From assembly GCF_044239695.1 (NCBI RefSeq), contig NZ_JBIIAW010000003.1, positions 5,316 through 69,315 on the forward strand: 64,000 bases of DNA, written 5' to 3'. The notes below the pieces were generated by a model, which saw only the letters and a program-made list of their open reading frames with translations, did no database searches and was not told the origin of the DNA. Numbering within the stretch: position 1 is the first letter of the stretch; each line of letters starts with the position of its first letter. The position numbers and the translations under genes were made by a program. The DNA comes from Pseudolysinimonas sp. (GTDB taxonomy: Bacteria > Actinomycetota > Actinomycetes > Actinomycetales > Microbacteriaceae). Positions 19,563-28,702 of the stretch are shown here, in pieces.

Positions 19563-20996
19563 ATGGACAGTGTCGCGGAGGCGATGGAGCGCTTGCGCGA
19601 ACTGAGCGCCCGGCCCGCGGTGGCGGAGCTCGCACGGCTCTTCGCCGACGCGGGGCACGAGCTCGCGCTCGTCGGCGGGACGGTGCGGGACGCCTTCCTC
19701 GGCCGCGGCCTCGGCGGCGACGACATCGACCTCGACTTCACGACCGACGCCACCCCCGAGCAGACCGAGGCGGTGCTGAGGCCGCTGGGCAAGACGCTGT
19801 GGGACACCGGTCGCCGATTCGGCACGATCGGCGTGCGCCTGGGCGGCTACCTCTGCGAGATCACGACCTACCGCAGCGACGCGTACGACGGCACGACGCG
19901 CAAGCCCGAGGTGCAGTTCGGTGACAGCCTCGAAGCCGATCTCACCCGCCGGGACTTCACCGTGAACGCGATGGCGCTCCGCGTGCCGGCGATGGTGCTC
20001 GTCGACCCGACGGGCGGCTTCGACGATCTGCTCGCGGGACGGCTGCGCACCCCCGGTGCTCCGGAGATCTCGTTCGGCGACGACCCGCTGCGGATGCTGC
20101 GCGGCGCGCGGTTCCGGGCGCAACTCGGGTTCGACCTCGCGCCCGAGGCCGCCGACGCGGCCCGGCGCATGGCGCCGTCGCTGGAGATCGTCGCGGCCGA
20201 ACGCGTGCAGCAGGAGCTGGCGAAGCTGCTCCTGGCGCGCGAGCCCTCGGCGGGCATCCGCGTTCTTGTCGACATCGGACTCGCCGATCAGGTGCTGCCG
20301 GAGGTGCCGGCTCTGCGGCTCGAGATCGACGAGCACGCGCGCCACAAGGATGTCTACGAGCACAGCCTGACCGCCCTCGACCGCGCTCTCGAGCTCGAGC
20401 GCGAACGGGGACACGAGCCCGATCTCGTGCTGCGGCTCGCGGTGCTGCTGCACGACATCGGAAAGCCCGCGACCCGCGTGATCGAGCCGGACGGCGGGGT
20501 GACCTTCCATCACCACGACGTCCTCGGCGCGCGGCTGGCGACGAAGCGGTTGAAGGCCCTCCGCTTCGACAAGGCGACGATCGAGGCGGTCGCCGACCTC
20601 ATCCGCCTGCACCTGCGCTTCTTCGGCTACGCCGAGGGCGCCTGGACCGATGCGGCGGTCCGTCGCTACGTGCGCGACGCCGGCGACCAGTTGGAACGGC
20701 TGCACATCCTGTCGCGGGCCGACGTGACGACCCGCAACAAGCGCAAGGCCGACCGCCTGGCCCACGCCTACGACGACCTCGAGTCCCGGATCGCGGCGCT
20801 CGCCGAGGAGGAGGAGCTCGCGGCCTTGCGACCCGACCTCGACGGCGAGCAGATCATGAGCATCCTCGGTCTCTCGCCCGGCCGCGAGGTCGGCGAGGCC
20901 TACCGGTTCCTGATGGAGGCGCGCCTGGATGAAGGTCCGCTCGGAGCCGACGAGGCCGAGCGCCGACTCCGGAGCTGGTGGTCGGCCCGCGGCTGA
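19563..20996 (+). CDS. cca: CCA tRNA nucleotidyltransferase / poly(A) polymerase family with HD domain
   Basis: Start at ATG 19563 (MDSVAEAMERL...). Motifs include GGTVRDAFLGR, DIDLDF and HD (LLHDIGKP). 477 aa. Confidence 0.88.
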   Translation: MDSVAEAMERLRELSARPAVAELARLFADAGHELALVGGTVRDAFLGRGLGGDDIDLDFTTDATPEQTEAVLRPLGKTLWDTGRRFGTIGVRLGGYLCEITTYRSDAYDGTTRKPEVQFGDSLEADLTRRDFTVNAMALRVPAMVLVDPTGGFDDLLAGRLRTPGAPEISFGDDPLRMLRGARFRAQLGFDLAPEAADAARRMAPSLEIVAAERVQQELAKLLLAREPSAGIRVLVDIGLADQVLPEVPALRLEIDEHARHKDVYEHSLTALDRALELERERGHEPDLVLRLAVLLHDIGKPATRVIEPDGGVTFHHHDVLGARLATKRLKALRFDKATIEAVADLIRLHLRFFGYAEGAWTDAAVRRYVRDAGDQLERLHILSRADVTTRNKRKADRLAHAYDDLESRIAALAEEEELAALRPDLDGEQIMSILGLSPGREVGEAYRFLMEARLDEGPLGADEAERRLRSWWSARG

Positions 20997-21108
20997 CCTA
21001 TGATCGACAGGTTGTCCGCCTTCCGGTTCCTCGAATCCGGGCGGGCACACGTCACAACCCTCCTGCCGTAGAACGACTACGGCCGCTGAGACCAGAGGAG
21101 GTGGGTTA

Positions 21109-21567
21109 ATGACGCACCAGTATGAGCTGATGGTGATCCTCGATCCCGAGATCGATGAGCGCACCGTCGCACCCAGCCTGGACAAGTTCCTCAACGTGAT
21201 CCGCAACGACGGCGGCACGATCGAGAACGTGGACATCTGGGGCCGTCGCCGCCTGGCCTACGAGATCAAGAAGAAGGCCGAGGGCATCTACGCCGTCGTC
21301 ACCTTCACCGCGACCTCGGACGCCACCGTCGAACTCGACCGCCAGCTGAAGCTGTCCGAGGCCGTGCTGCGCACCAAGGTGCTGCGCGCCGAGGAGGCCG
21401 TGGCCCGCGTGGCCGCGCACGCCGTCGAAGAGGCCGCCAAGGCCGAGCGCAAGGCTGCCGCGATCGCCAAGAAGCCCGCCGCCCCGAAGGCCGAGGAGGC
21501 GCCCGCCGCCCCTGTCGCCGACGCGGCCCCGGCGGATGCCGCCGCGACGGCGTCTGACAAGGACTGA
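21109..21567 (+). CDS. rpsF: 30S ribosomal protein S6 with Ala/Glu/Lys/Pro-rich C-terminal extension
   Basis: 152 aa. The N-terminal roughly 95 aa ([20 protein letters not shown]...) is canonical S6. GGAGG RBS is present. Confidence 0.95.
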   Translation: MTHQYELMVILDPEIDERTVAPSLDKFLNVIRNDGGTIENVDIWGRRRLAYEIKKKAEGIYAVVTFTATSDATVELDRQLKLSEAVLRTKVLRAEEAVARVAAHAVEEAAKAERKAAAIAKKPAAPKAEEAPAAPVADAAPADAAATASDKD

Positions 21568-21570
21568 GCC

Positions 21571-22086
21571 ATGGCCGGCGAGACGATCATCACCGTGGTG
21601 GGCAACCTCACCGCCGACCCCGAACTGCGCTACACGCAGGGCGGGCTGGCCGTCGCCAACTTCACCATCGCGTCGACCCCGCGCACGTTCGACCGTCAGG
21701 CGAACGACTGGAAGGACGGCGACGCCCTCTTCCTGCGGGCCTCGTGCTGGCGTGAGTTCGCCGAGCACGTCGCCGGTTCGCTGACCAAGGGCAGCCGCGT
21801 CATCGCGACCGGCCGCCTGAAGCAGCGCAACTACGACGACCGCGACGGCAACAAGCGCACCGCGATCGAGCTGGAGGTCGACGAGATCGGCCCCTCGCTG
21901 CGCTACGCGACCGCGCAGGTCACCCGTGCCTCGGGTGGCAGCAGTGGCGGCGGGAACAGCGGCGGAGGCCGCGGCCAGGTGTCCGGCGGTGCCGAGGAGC
22001 CGTGGGCCGCGAGCGCGCCCGCGTCCGGCGGCGGCGACGACGTCTGGAACACCCCCGGCAACTACAACGACGAGACCCCGTTCTGA
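21571..22086 (+). CDS. ssb: Single-stranded DNA-binding protein
   Basis: 171 aa with an OB-fold N-terminus, a Gly-rich linker and the acidic tip DDETPF. Confidence 0.96.
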   Translation: MAGETIITVVGNLTADPELRYTQGGLAVANFTIASTPRTFDRQANDWKDGDALFLRASCWREFAEHVAGSLTKGSRVIATGRLKQRNYDDRDGNKRTAIELEVDEIGPSLRYATAQVTRASGGSSGGGNSGGGRGQVSGGAEEPWAASAPASGGGDDVWNTPGNYNDETPF

Positions 22087-22129
22087 GCCCCGGCTCCTGA
22101 GAACGTAGAAACCGAAAAGGAAGACAGCA

Positions 22130-22396
22130 ATGGCTGGCAAGAGCAGCAGCAGCAGCGGCGACCGCCGCAAGCGCGCGCCGAAGGGTGGCAAGAACGCCGC
22201 TCCCGCGAAGAGCATCCGCGTCGGCGTCATCGACTACAAGGACGTCGCGACGCTTCGCAAGTTCATCTCCGAGCGTGGAAAGATCCGCGCCCGGCGCATC
22301 ACCGGCGTGTCGGTGCAGGAGCAGCGGCTCATCGCGCGCGCGGTCAAGAACGCGCGTGAGATGGCCCTCCTCCCCTACGCGGGATCGGGGCGATAG
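22130..22396 (+). CDS. rpsR: 30S ribosomal protein S18
   Basis: 88 aa with the motif [26 protein letters not shown]. Confidence 0.96.
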   Translation: MAGKSSSSSGDRRKRAPKGGKNAAPAKSIRVGVIDYKDVATLRKFISERGKIRARRITGVSVQEQRLIARAVKNAREMALLPYAGSGR

Positions 22397-22399
22397 GCC

Positions 22400-22852
22400 A
22401 TGTCGAAGCTCATCCTCACCTCCGAGGTCTCCGGCCTCGGCTCCGCCGGTGACGTCGTCGACGTCAAGAACGGCTACGCCCGCAACTACCTCATCCCGCA
22501 GGGCTTCGCGATCGCCTGGTCCAAGGGCGCCGAGAAGCAGGTCGACTCGATCAAGGCGTCCCGCGCCGCGAAGGAGCTCGCCACCCTCGAAGAGGCTCAG
22601 GCACTGAAGGCCAAGCTCGAGGGCGCCACCGTGAAGCTCGTCGTCAAGTCGGGTCGCGAAGGTCGCCTGTTCGGCTCGGTCAAGACGTCGGATGTCGCGG
22701 ACGCGGTCAAGGCCGCCGGCCTCGGCGACGTCGACAAGCGCTCGATCGAGCTCTCCGCTCCGATCAAGAGCCTCGGCCGCCACGACGCCACCGTGCGTCT
22801 GCGCACCGACGTGCTCGCCGCGCTGACGCTCGACGTGGTCGCCGCGAAGTAG
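22400..22852 (+). CDS. rplI: 50S ribosomal protein L9
   Basis: 150 aa, starting [35 protein letters not shown]. Confidence 0.96.
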   Translation: MSKLILTSEVSGLGSAGDVVDVKNGYARNYLIPQGFAIAWSKGAEKQVDSIKASRAAKELATLEEAQALKAKLEGATVKLVVKSGREGRLFGSVKTSDVADAVKAAGLGDVDKRSIELSAPIKSLGRHDATVRLRTDVLAALTLDVVAAK

Positions 22853-22861
22853 CCCCTCACC

Positions 22862-22895
22862 CGGAAGGCGCACCCCGCAGGGGGTGCGCCTTCCG
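22862..22895 (+). terminator. Strong intrinsic-type terminator after rplI
   Basis: CGGAAGGCGCACCCC-gcag-GGGGTGCGCCTTCCG, a perfect 15-bp stem followed by TCGTT. Confidence 0.8.
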
Positions 22896-22968
22896 TCGTT
22901 AACGGCGCGTGAACATGTCCCCCGGACGAGGGACATCAGCGCCGTACCCCGTCGAAATCCTCACGTTT

Positions 22969-23209
22969 CCGTCCACAGGTGACCTGTCAAGGCGCGAAGT
23001 CTCAAGTAGCAGTCCAAGCCTGTTTCCACACACAGGGTGTGGAAACGAAAACCCCAGGTCATCGCCGCTTTACCGGCGCAGATCCCGGAGTTTCACACAG
23101 CTGATTCCACAACTTCTTCACACACGTCACGGCGTTTCCCGGCGATTCCCCACAGCGTCATCCACAGGGCGGGTTGTCCCCCCGGGTGCAGTCTCCCTAC
23201 TGTGGGCAA
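22969..23209. promoter_or_regulatory. Cluster of DnaA-box-like TCCACA motifs upstream of dnaB
   Basis: CCGTCCACA 22969-22977, GTTTCCACA 23022-23030, TGTGGAAAC 23038-23046 (together a perfect 10-bp-arm palindrome 23022-23046), GATTCCACA 23103-23111, TCATCCACA 23158-23166. Weaker copies lie at 23089-23097, 23146-23154 and 23201-23209. Confidence 0.5.
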
Positions 23210-23314
23210 GCGCTCGCGGCGCGGGGTCAGCACTTCTCGAGCCGACGGACTTCGGGGTGTCTGTCGGCGATGTCGGCGTGCCCGCCTATCGTGACCAGCT
23301 GGAGGTCCTTTCTC

Positions 23315-24691
23315 ATGTCGATCGCCCATCTCGGACTCGCCGAACCGGCAGGCGGCGAGCGCGCGGGCTGGCAGGGCGAACGCACGCCGCCGCACGACCT
23401 CCTCGCCGAGCAGAGCGCCCTCGGCGGCATGATGCTCAGCAACGACGCCGTCGCGGACGTCACCGAGGTCGTGCGCGGGCTCGACTTCTACATGCCCAAG
23501 CACGAGGTCGTGTTCGACGCGATCCTCAACCTCTACTCGCACGGCGAGCCGACCGACGTGATCGCCGTCACCGACGAGCTGACGAAGACCGGTCTGCTGC
23601 CACGGGCCGGCGGCGCCGAATACCTCCACACCCTCACCGGCCTCGTGCCGACGGCGGCGAACGCCGGCTACTACGCGTCGATCGTCGCCGAGAAGGCCGT
23701 GCTCCGCCGTCTCGTCGAGGCCGGCACGCGCATCGTCCAGATGGGCTACGCGAGCGAGGGCGAGGTCACCGATCTCGTCAACAACGCGCAGGCCGAGATC
23801 TACGGTGTCACCGGGGGCCTCGACAGCGAGGACTACATCCCGCTCGTCGACGCCATCCACGACGCGGTCGAGGAGATCGAACTCGCCCGCGGCCGCGACG
23901 GCCAGCTCGCCGGCGTCCCGACCGGCTTCAGCGAGCTCGACTCCCTCACCAACGGCCTGCACGGCGGCCAGTTGATCATCGTCGGCGCCCGCCCCGCGAT
24001 GGGCAAGTCGACGCTCGCCCTCGACTTCGCGCGCACCGCCGCCGTGCACCACAAGCTGCCGACGATCTTCTTCTCGCTCGAGATGGGCCGCAGCGAGATC
24101 GCGACCCGGCTGCTCTCGGCCGAGTCCGGCATCCCGATGCACGTCCTCCGCAAGGGCAACATGGACGAGCGCGACTGGACGCGGCTGGCGAGCGTGCGCG
24201 GCGACATCGGCGACGCCCCGCTCTACATCGACGACAGCCCGAACATGACGCTCGTCGAGATCCGCGCGAAGTGCCGCAAGCTCAGCCAGCGCGTCGGGCT
24301 GAAGATGGTCGTCGTCGACTACCTCCAACTGATGACCTCCGGCAAGAAGGTCGAGTCGCGGCAGCAGGAGGTCAGCGAATTCTCGCGGGCGCTCAAGCTG
24401 CTCGCCAAGGAACTCCAGGTGCCGATCGTCGCCCTCGCCCAGCTCAACCGTGGTCCCGAGCAGCGCGCCGACAAGAAGCCCGCGCTCTCCGACCTGCGCG
24501 AGTCGGGCTCGCTCGAGCAGGACGCCGACATCGTGATCCTGCTGCACCGCGAAGCGGCCTACGACCGCGACCACCCGCGCGCGGGCGAAGCGGACCTCAT
24601 CGTGGCGAAGCACCGCAACGGCGCGACCGACGACATCGCCGTCGCGTTCCAGGGGATGTACTCCCGGTTCGCCGACATGCCCCGCACGTAG
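23315..24691 (+). CDS. dnaB: Replicative DNA helicase DnaB (no intein)
   Basis: Start at ATG 23315 with GGAGG at 23301-23305. 458 aa. Walker A is GARPAMGKSTLAL. Confidence 0.96.
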   Translation: MSIAHLGLAEPAGGERAGWQGERTPPHDLLAEQSALGGMMLSNDAVADVTEVVRGLDFYMPKHEVVFDAILNLYSHGEPTDVIAVTDELTKTGLLPRAGGAEYLHTLTGLVPTAANAGYYASIVAEKAVLRRLVEAGTRIVQMGYASEGEVTDLVNNAQAEIYGVTGGLDSEDYIPLVDAIHDAVEEIELARGRDGQLAGVPTGFSELDSLTNGLHGGQLIIVGARPAMGKSTLALDFARTAAVHHKLPTIFFSLEMGRSEIATRLLSAESGIPMHVLRKGNMDERDWTRLASVRGDIGDAPLYIDDSPNMTLVEIRAKCRKLSQRVGLKMVVVDYLQLMTSGKKVESRQQEVSEFSRALKLLAKELQVPIVALAQLNRGPEQRADKKPALSDLRESGSLEQDADIVILLHREAAYDRDHPRAGEADLIVAKHRNGATDDIAVAFQGMYSRFADMPRT

Positions 24692-24693
24692 CG

Positions 24694-25578
24694 ATGCGGC
24701 GACCGTTCCGCCAAATCGATGTCTTCGGCGAGGAGCCGGGCACGGGCAACCCCGTGGCGGTCGTCCTGGAAGCCGCGGGTCTGTCCGACGACGACATGCG
24801 GCGGTTCTCGAGGTGGACGAACCTCTCCGAGTGCACCTTCGTCCTGCCGCCGACGACCCCGGAGGCCGACTACCGCGTGCGCATCTTCTCGCTCGACGTC
24901 GAACTGCCGTTCGCCGGGCATCCGACGCTCGGCACCGCGCGCGCCTGGGTGGATGCCGGGGGCACGCCCGCCACGCCGGGCACCGTGGTGCAGGAGTGCG
25001 GCGCGGGCCTCATCCCGGTGCGCGTTGCCGGTGACGTGCTCGCGTTCGAGGCGCCCCCGCTGCTGCGCTCCGGCGCGGTCGAGCCGGGCCTGCTCGCCCG
25101 CGCGATCGCCGTGCTCGGTGTGGATCCCGCCGCGGTCGTCGCCGCGGAATGGCTCGACAACGGGCCCGGCTGGCTCGGGCTCCTGCTCGACGGCGCCGAC
25201 ACGGTGCTCGCCCTGCGTCCTGACGCGGCGCGCGCGGCCGGCGACGAGCACCGCGGGCGCTGGGATCTCGGCGTCATCGGGGCGCACCCCGACGGGTCCG
25301 CCGAGGCCTTCGAGGTGCGCGCGTTCTTCTCGGACGGCGTCGGCACCCTCGTCGAGGATCCGGTGACCGGCAGTCTCAACGCGGCTGCGGCGCAGTGGAT
25401 GCTGGCCTCCGGCCGGGCGACGGCGCCCTACGTCGTCCGTCAGGGGACGGCGCTCGGACGCCGTGGACGGGTCACGATCAGCACGGACGCCGACGGTTCC
25501 GCGGTGTGGGTCGGCGGCCGCACCGACGTCGTCCTGTCGGGCACCGCCGACCTCGGCGGAGCACCGGACGTAGACTGA
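24694..25578 (+). CDS. PhzF-family isomerase-like protein
   Basis: This is the C-terminal 294 aa of the 889-aa shadow ORF, starting MRRPFRQIDVFGEEPGTGNPVAVV, with FAGHPTLG typical of PhzF. Confidence 0.85.
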   Translation: MRRPFRQIDVFGEEPGTGNPVAVVLEAAGLSDDDMRRFSRWTNLSECTFVLPPTTPEADYRVRIFSLDVELPFAGHPTLGTARAWVDAGGTPATPGTVVQECGAGLIPVRVAGDVLAFEAPPLLRSGAVEPGLLARAIAVLGVDPAAVVAAEWLDNGPGWLGLLLDGADTVLALRPDAARAAGDEHRGRWDLGVIGAHPDGSAEAFEVRAFFSDGVGTLVEDPVTGSLNAAAAQWMLASGRATAPYVVRQGTALGRRGRVTISTDADGSAVWVGGRTDVVLSGTADLGGAPDVD

Positions 25579-25583
25579 TCCGC

Positions 25584-26192
25584 GTGGTAGCCGCCTGGAT
25601 CGCACAACTCGCACGCGGAGTCCTGGCACTCACGCTGGGGATCACGATCACCCTCACCCTCGACCACTCTCCCGCCTTCGGACTGGTGACCTTCGGGGTG
25701 TTCGCGCTGCTCTCCGGCGCCGTGCTCGTCGTCGCGTCGCTGCGCACCGCCTACGCGGGCCGGATGCGTGCGGGGTTCCTCGCCCAGGGGATCGCCACCG
25801 GGGCCGCGGGCATCCTGGCCGTCGCCGTGCCGAACGGGGGCGTCGCGTTTCTCGCGATCCTCGTCGGTGCGTGGGCGGTGGTGACGGGACTGCTCGAAGG
25901 TGCGAGCGGCATCCTGGGCCGGGCGTTCGCACCGCTGTCGCGCGACTGGATCATCACCGGGGCGCTCACCGTCGCCCTCGGCGTGGTGGCGTTCGTGCTC
26001 CCACCCGACTTCACCCAGGCCTTCTCCGGGGAACGCGGCGTCTCGGGAACGCTGACCTCGTCGGTGATCCTCATCGGCGTCGTCGGGGCGTGGGCGATTC
26101 TGGTCGGCGTGCTGCAGGTGATCTCGGCGATCACGATCCGCACCGATCGCGCGGTGCGCTCGAGTGCGACCGACCGGGTCGTGGCCTCGTGA
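25584..26192 (+). CDS. Polytopic membrane protein (HdeD/DUF308-like by recollection)
   Basis: GTG 25584 follows the phzF-like stop. 202 aa with about 6 hydrophobic helices. Confidence 0.6.
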   Translation: MVAAWIAQLARGVLALTLGITITLTLDHSPAFGLVTFGVFALLSGAVLVVASLRTAYAGRMRAGFLAQGIATGAAGILAVAVPNGGVAFLAILVGAWAVVTGLLEGASGILGRAFAPLSRDWIITGALTVALGVVAFVLPPDFTQAFSGERGVSGTLTSSVILIGVVGAWAILVGVLQVISAITIRTDRAVRSSATDRVVAS

Positions 26193-26437
26193 CCGAGCCC
26201 GGTCGCCGACGGCCGACGTTCCGGGAGCGCGCGCGCCCCGCGGAAGTGCTGGGTCTCGCGGCGGCGCTCGCCGGCTTCGTATTCGTCGGCGTGCTGTTCT
26301 CGTCGCGCAACCTGCTGCTCGCGATCGAGTTCTTCGGGGCCGCGTTCATCGTCTCGGTGGTCGTCTGCGCGACCCTGCTGTTGGCGATCTCGAAGCCCGA
26401 GACCCCGGCCGACGACGACCGACCGTCAGGCCACTAG
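26189..26437 (+). CDS. Small membrane protein (2 TM), translationally coupled
   Basis: GTGA overlap at 26189-26192. 82 aa: VTEPGRRRPTFRERARPAEVLGLAAALAGFVFVGVLF... Its stop overlaps the purB stop convergently. Confidence 0.45.
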   Translation: MTEPGRRRPTFRERARPAEVLGLAAALAGFVFVGVLFSSRNLLLAIEFFGAAFIVSVVVCATLLLAISKPETPADDDRPSGH

Positions 26438-27822
26438 GCCGGGTCGAGCGCTCCCACCAGCTCGTCGGCCAGCCCGGTGTAGGTGCCCGGGGTGAGCGCG
26501 AGCAGCCGCGCCTTGGCGTCGGCGCCGATATCGAGGCCGTCGACGAAGGTGCGCAGGTCGTCGCCGGTGATGCGCTTGCCGCGGGTCAGCTCCTTGAGCA
26601 TCGCGTAAGGGTCGGCGATCGAGGAGCGGCCGGCGGTCACCTCGGCGCGGATGACGGTCTGGATCGCTTCGCCGAGCACCTCCCAGTTGCCGTCGAGGTC
26701 GGCGGCGAGGGCATCCCCCGCGACCGCGACCTCATCCAGACCGCGGCGGATGTTGTCGAGCGCGAGCAGCGAGTGCCCGAGGGCGACCCCGATGTTGCGC
26801 TGCGTCGTGGAGTCGGTCAGGTCGCGCTGCAGCCGGCTGGTCACGAGCGTCGACGCCAGCGAGTCCAGCAGCGCGGCCGACAGTTCGAGGTTGGCTTCGG
26901 CGTTCTCGAACAGGATCGGGTTGACCTTATGCGGCATCGTCGAGGATCCCGTCGCGCCGGCCTGCGGGATCTGGGTGAGGTAGCCGATCGAGATGTAGGT
27001 CCACACGTCGGTGCAGAGGTTGTGCAGGATGCGGCCCGCGTGCGCGATCGCCGTGTACAGCTCGGCCTGCCAGTCGTGCGACTCGATCTGCGTCGTGAGC
27101 GGGTTCCAGTCCAGGCCGAGCGACGTCACGAACTCGCGCGAGAGGGCGGGCCAGTCGGCATCCGGGTCGGCGGCGACGTGCGCCGAGAACGTTCCGGTCG
27201 CCCCGCTGAACTTGCCGAGGTACTCGACGCCCTCGATGCGGGTGATCTGCCGCTCGAGCCGGTGCACGAAGACGGCGATCTCCTTGCCGAAGGTCGTCGG
27301 GGTCGCCGGCTGACCGTGGGTGCGGGCCAGGAGCGGGGTGGCGCGCTCGGCGATCGCGAGTGCGCGCAAGGCGCCCACGACATCCCGGAGCTTCGGCAGC
27401 CACACCCCGGTGATCGCGGCGCGGACCGTGAGCGCGTAGGAGAGGTTGTTGACGTCCTCGCTCGTGCAGGCGAAGTGCACGAGCTCGGCGACGGAGGTCA
27501 GGCCGAGTTCGGCGAGCTTCTCGCGCACGAGGTACTCGACGGCCTTCACGTCGTGCCGAGTGGTGGCTTCCAGCTCGGCGAGCCGGGCGATCTCGGCCTC
27601 GCCGAACTCGGCGGCGAACGCCCGCAGCGCCCGCTCCTGCTCGGCGTCCAGCGCGGCGGAGCCGAACATCCCGCGCTCGGTGAGGAAGAGCAACCACTCG
27701 ACCTCGACGCGGACCCGGGCCCGGTTGAGCCCCGCCTCGGAGAGGTGCTCGCCGAGGTCACCGACGGTGGCGCGATACCGCCCGTCGAGGGGGCTCAGCG
27801 GTTGCGGGGGCAGCGGGCTCAT
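26434..27822 (-). CDS. purB: Adenylosuccinate lyase
   Basis: Start at ATG 27822 (MSPLPPQPLSPLDGRYR). 462 aa. Signature is GSSTMPHKVNPI. Confidence 0.95.
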   Translation of the reverse strand: MSPLPPQPLSPLDGRYRATVGDLGEHLSEAGLNRARVRVEVEWLLFLTERGMFGSAALDAEQERALRAFAAEFGEAEIARLAELEATTRHDVKAVEYLVREKLAELGLTSVAELVHFACTSEDVNNLSYALTVRAAITGVWLPKLRDVVGALRALAIAERATPLLARTHGQPATPTTFGKEIAVFVHRLERQITRIEGVEYLGKFSGATGTFSAHVAADPDADWPALSREFVTSLGLDWNPLTTQIESHDWQAELYTAIAHAGRILHNLCTDVWTYISIGYLTQIPQAGATGSSTMPHKVNPILFENAEANLELSAALLDSLASTLVTSRLQRDLTDSTTQRNIGVALGHSLLALDNIRRGLDEVAVAGDALAADLDGNWEVLGEAIQTVIRAEVTAGRSSIADPYAMLKELTRGKRITGDDLRTFVDGLDIGADAKARLLALTPGTYTGLADELVGALDPA

Positions 27823-28337
27823 GAGACTCCCTGTCGGAGGACCGGTTCTAGCTGGCGGAACAGCGCGATGCTCGCGCGTTCGATGGTGGAGAGCACGGAG
27901 TCGAAGAGCGCGGGATCCGAGTAGTAGGGATCGGGCACTTCCGCCCCGCCGCTCGACTCGTCGAACGACAGCAGCATCTGCACCTTGGCGCCGGCGGACT
28001 CGTCGCCCGCCCATTCTCGCAGAGTGCGTTCCTGCCCACGGTCGAAGACGACGACGAGGTCGAGCGACGCGAACCAGGCGGCGTCGAATTGGCGGGCGCG
28101 GTGGCGTGCGGCGTCGTACCCGCGGCTCGCGAGGGCCGCGATGGTGCGGGCGTCGGCACGCTCGCCGACGTGCCAGTCGCCGGTCGCCGCCGAGCTCACC
28201 TCGAGCCGCGACTCGTATCCGCCCGCGGCGATGAGCCGCCGGAAGACCGCCTCGGCCATCGGCGACCGGCAGATGTTGCCCGTGCAGACGAAGCAGATGC
28301 GGAAGACCGGCCCCGGATCCGCGGGGACTCGCGCCAT
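27819..28337 (-). CDS. Low-molecular-weight protein-tyrosine phosphatase
   Basis: Start at ATG 28337. CX5R(S) P-loop is FVCTGNICRSP, and DPYY lies near the C-terminus. ATGA overlap with purB. Confidence 0.9.
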   Translation of the reverse strand: MARVPADPGPVFRICFVCTGNICRSPMAEAVFRRLIAAGGYESRLEVSSAATGDWHVGERADARTIAALASRGYDAARHRARQFDAAWFASLDLVVVFDRGQERTLREWAGDESAGAKVQMLLSFDESSGGAEVPDPYYSDPALFDSVLSTIERASIALFRQLEPVLRQGVS

Positions 28338-28450
28338 GGGCCCATCATCCCGCTTTCGCCCCGTCCTCCACAGCCCCTCCGTGGCCCCGGGGATGCGGAG
28401 GCCGGCCACCGCGACGGCCCGACGGCCCGGCCGCTGGCGACGATCGGGTC

Positions 28451-28702
28451 ATGAGCAACTTCGGTGATCCCGCGGTGCGCGTGGCGCTCGAGCGACAGCT
28501 GGCCCTCCTCGTGCCGGTCGTCGAGCATCTGTCCGCGGCCGCCGCCGGCCCACCACAGCTCGTCGCCGACGACTGGCGCGGACCCGCGGCCGAGCAAGCC
28601 ACCCGGTTCCTCGAGGACCTCCGGGCCGGCCTGAGCGAAGCCGCCGCCGCGGTCGACGACGAGGTGCGTCGCATCCGGGTGCACGTCGCGGGGATGCCGT
28701 GA
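28451..28702 (+). CDS. Small helical protein with central W-x-G motif (WXG100-like candidate)
   Basis: 83 aa. Helix-rich, with WRG at aa 42-44 (nt 28574-28582) followed by PAAEQATRF. GTGA coupling to the next gene. Confidence 0.55.
   Translation: MSNFGDPAVRVALERQLALLVPVVEHLSAAAAGPPQLVADDWRGPAAEQATRFLEDLRAGLSEAAAAVDDEVRRIRVHVAGMP

Noticed and set aside
12767-19825. Long N-terminal extensions suggested by the track for the aminotransferase (to 14293), trxB (to 17367), murJ (to 18275), the murJ partner (to 19825) and, elsewhere, purB (to 28014).
   Set aside because: The extensions overlap neighbouring real genes and are Arg/Pro-rich. Internal ATG/GTG starts with coupling overlaps or RBS give canonical N-termini.
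22909-24693. N-terminal 595 aa of the 889-aa ORF 22909-25578.
   Set aside because: Only the last 294 aa (from ATG 24694) look like a protein (PhzF family). The upstream part is out of frame over dnaB and over the non-coding rplI-dnaB spacer.
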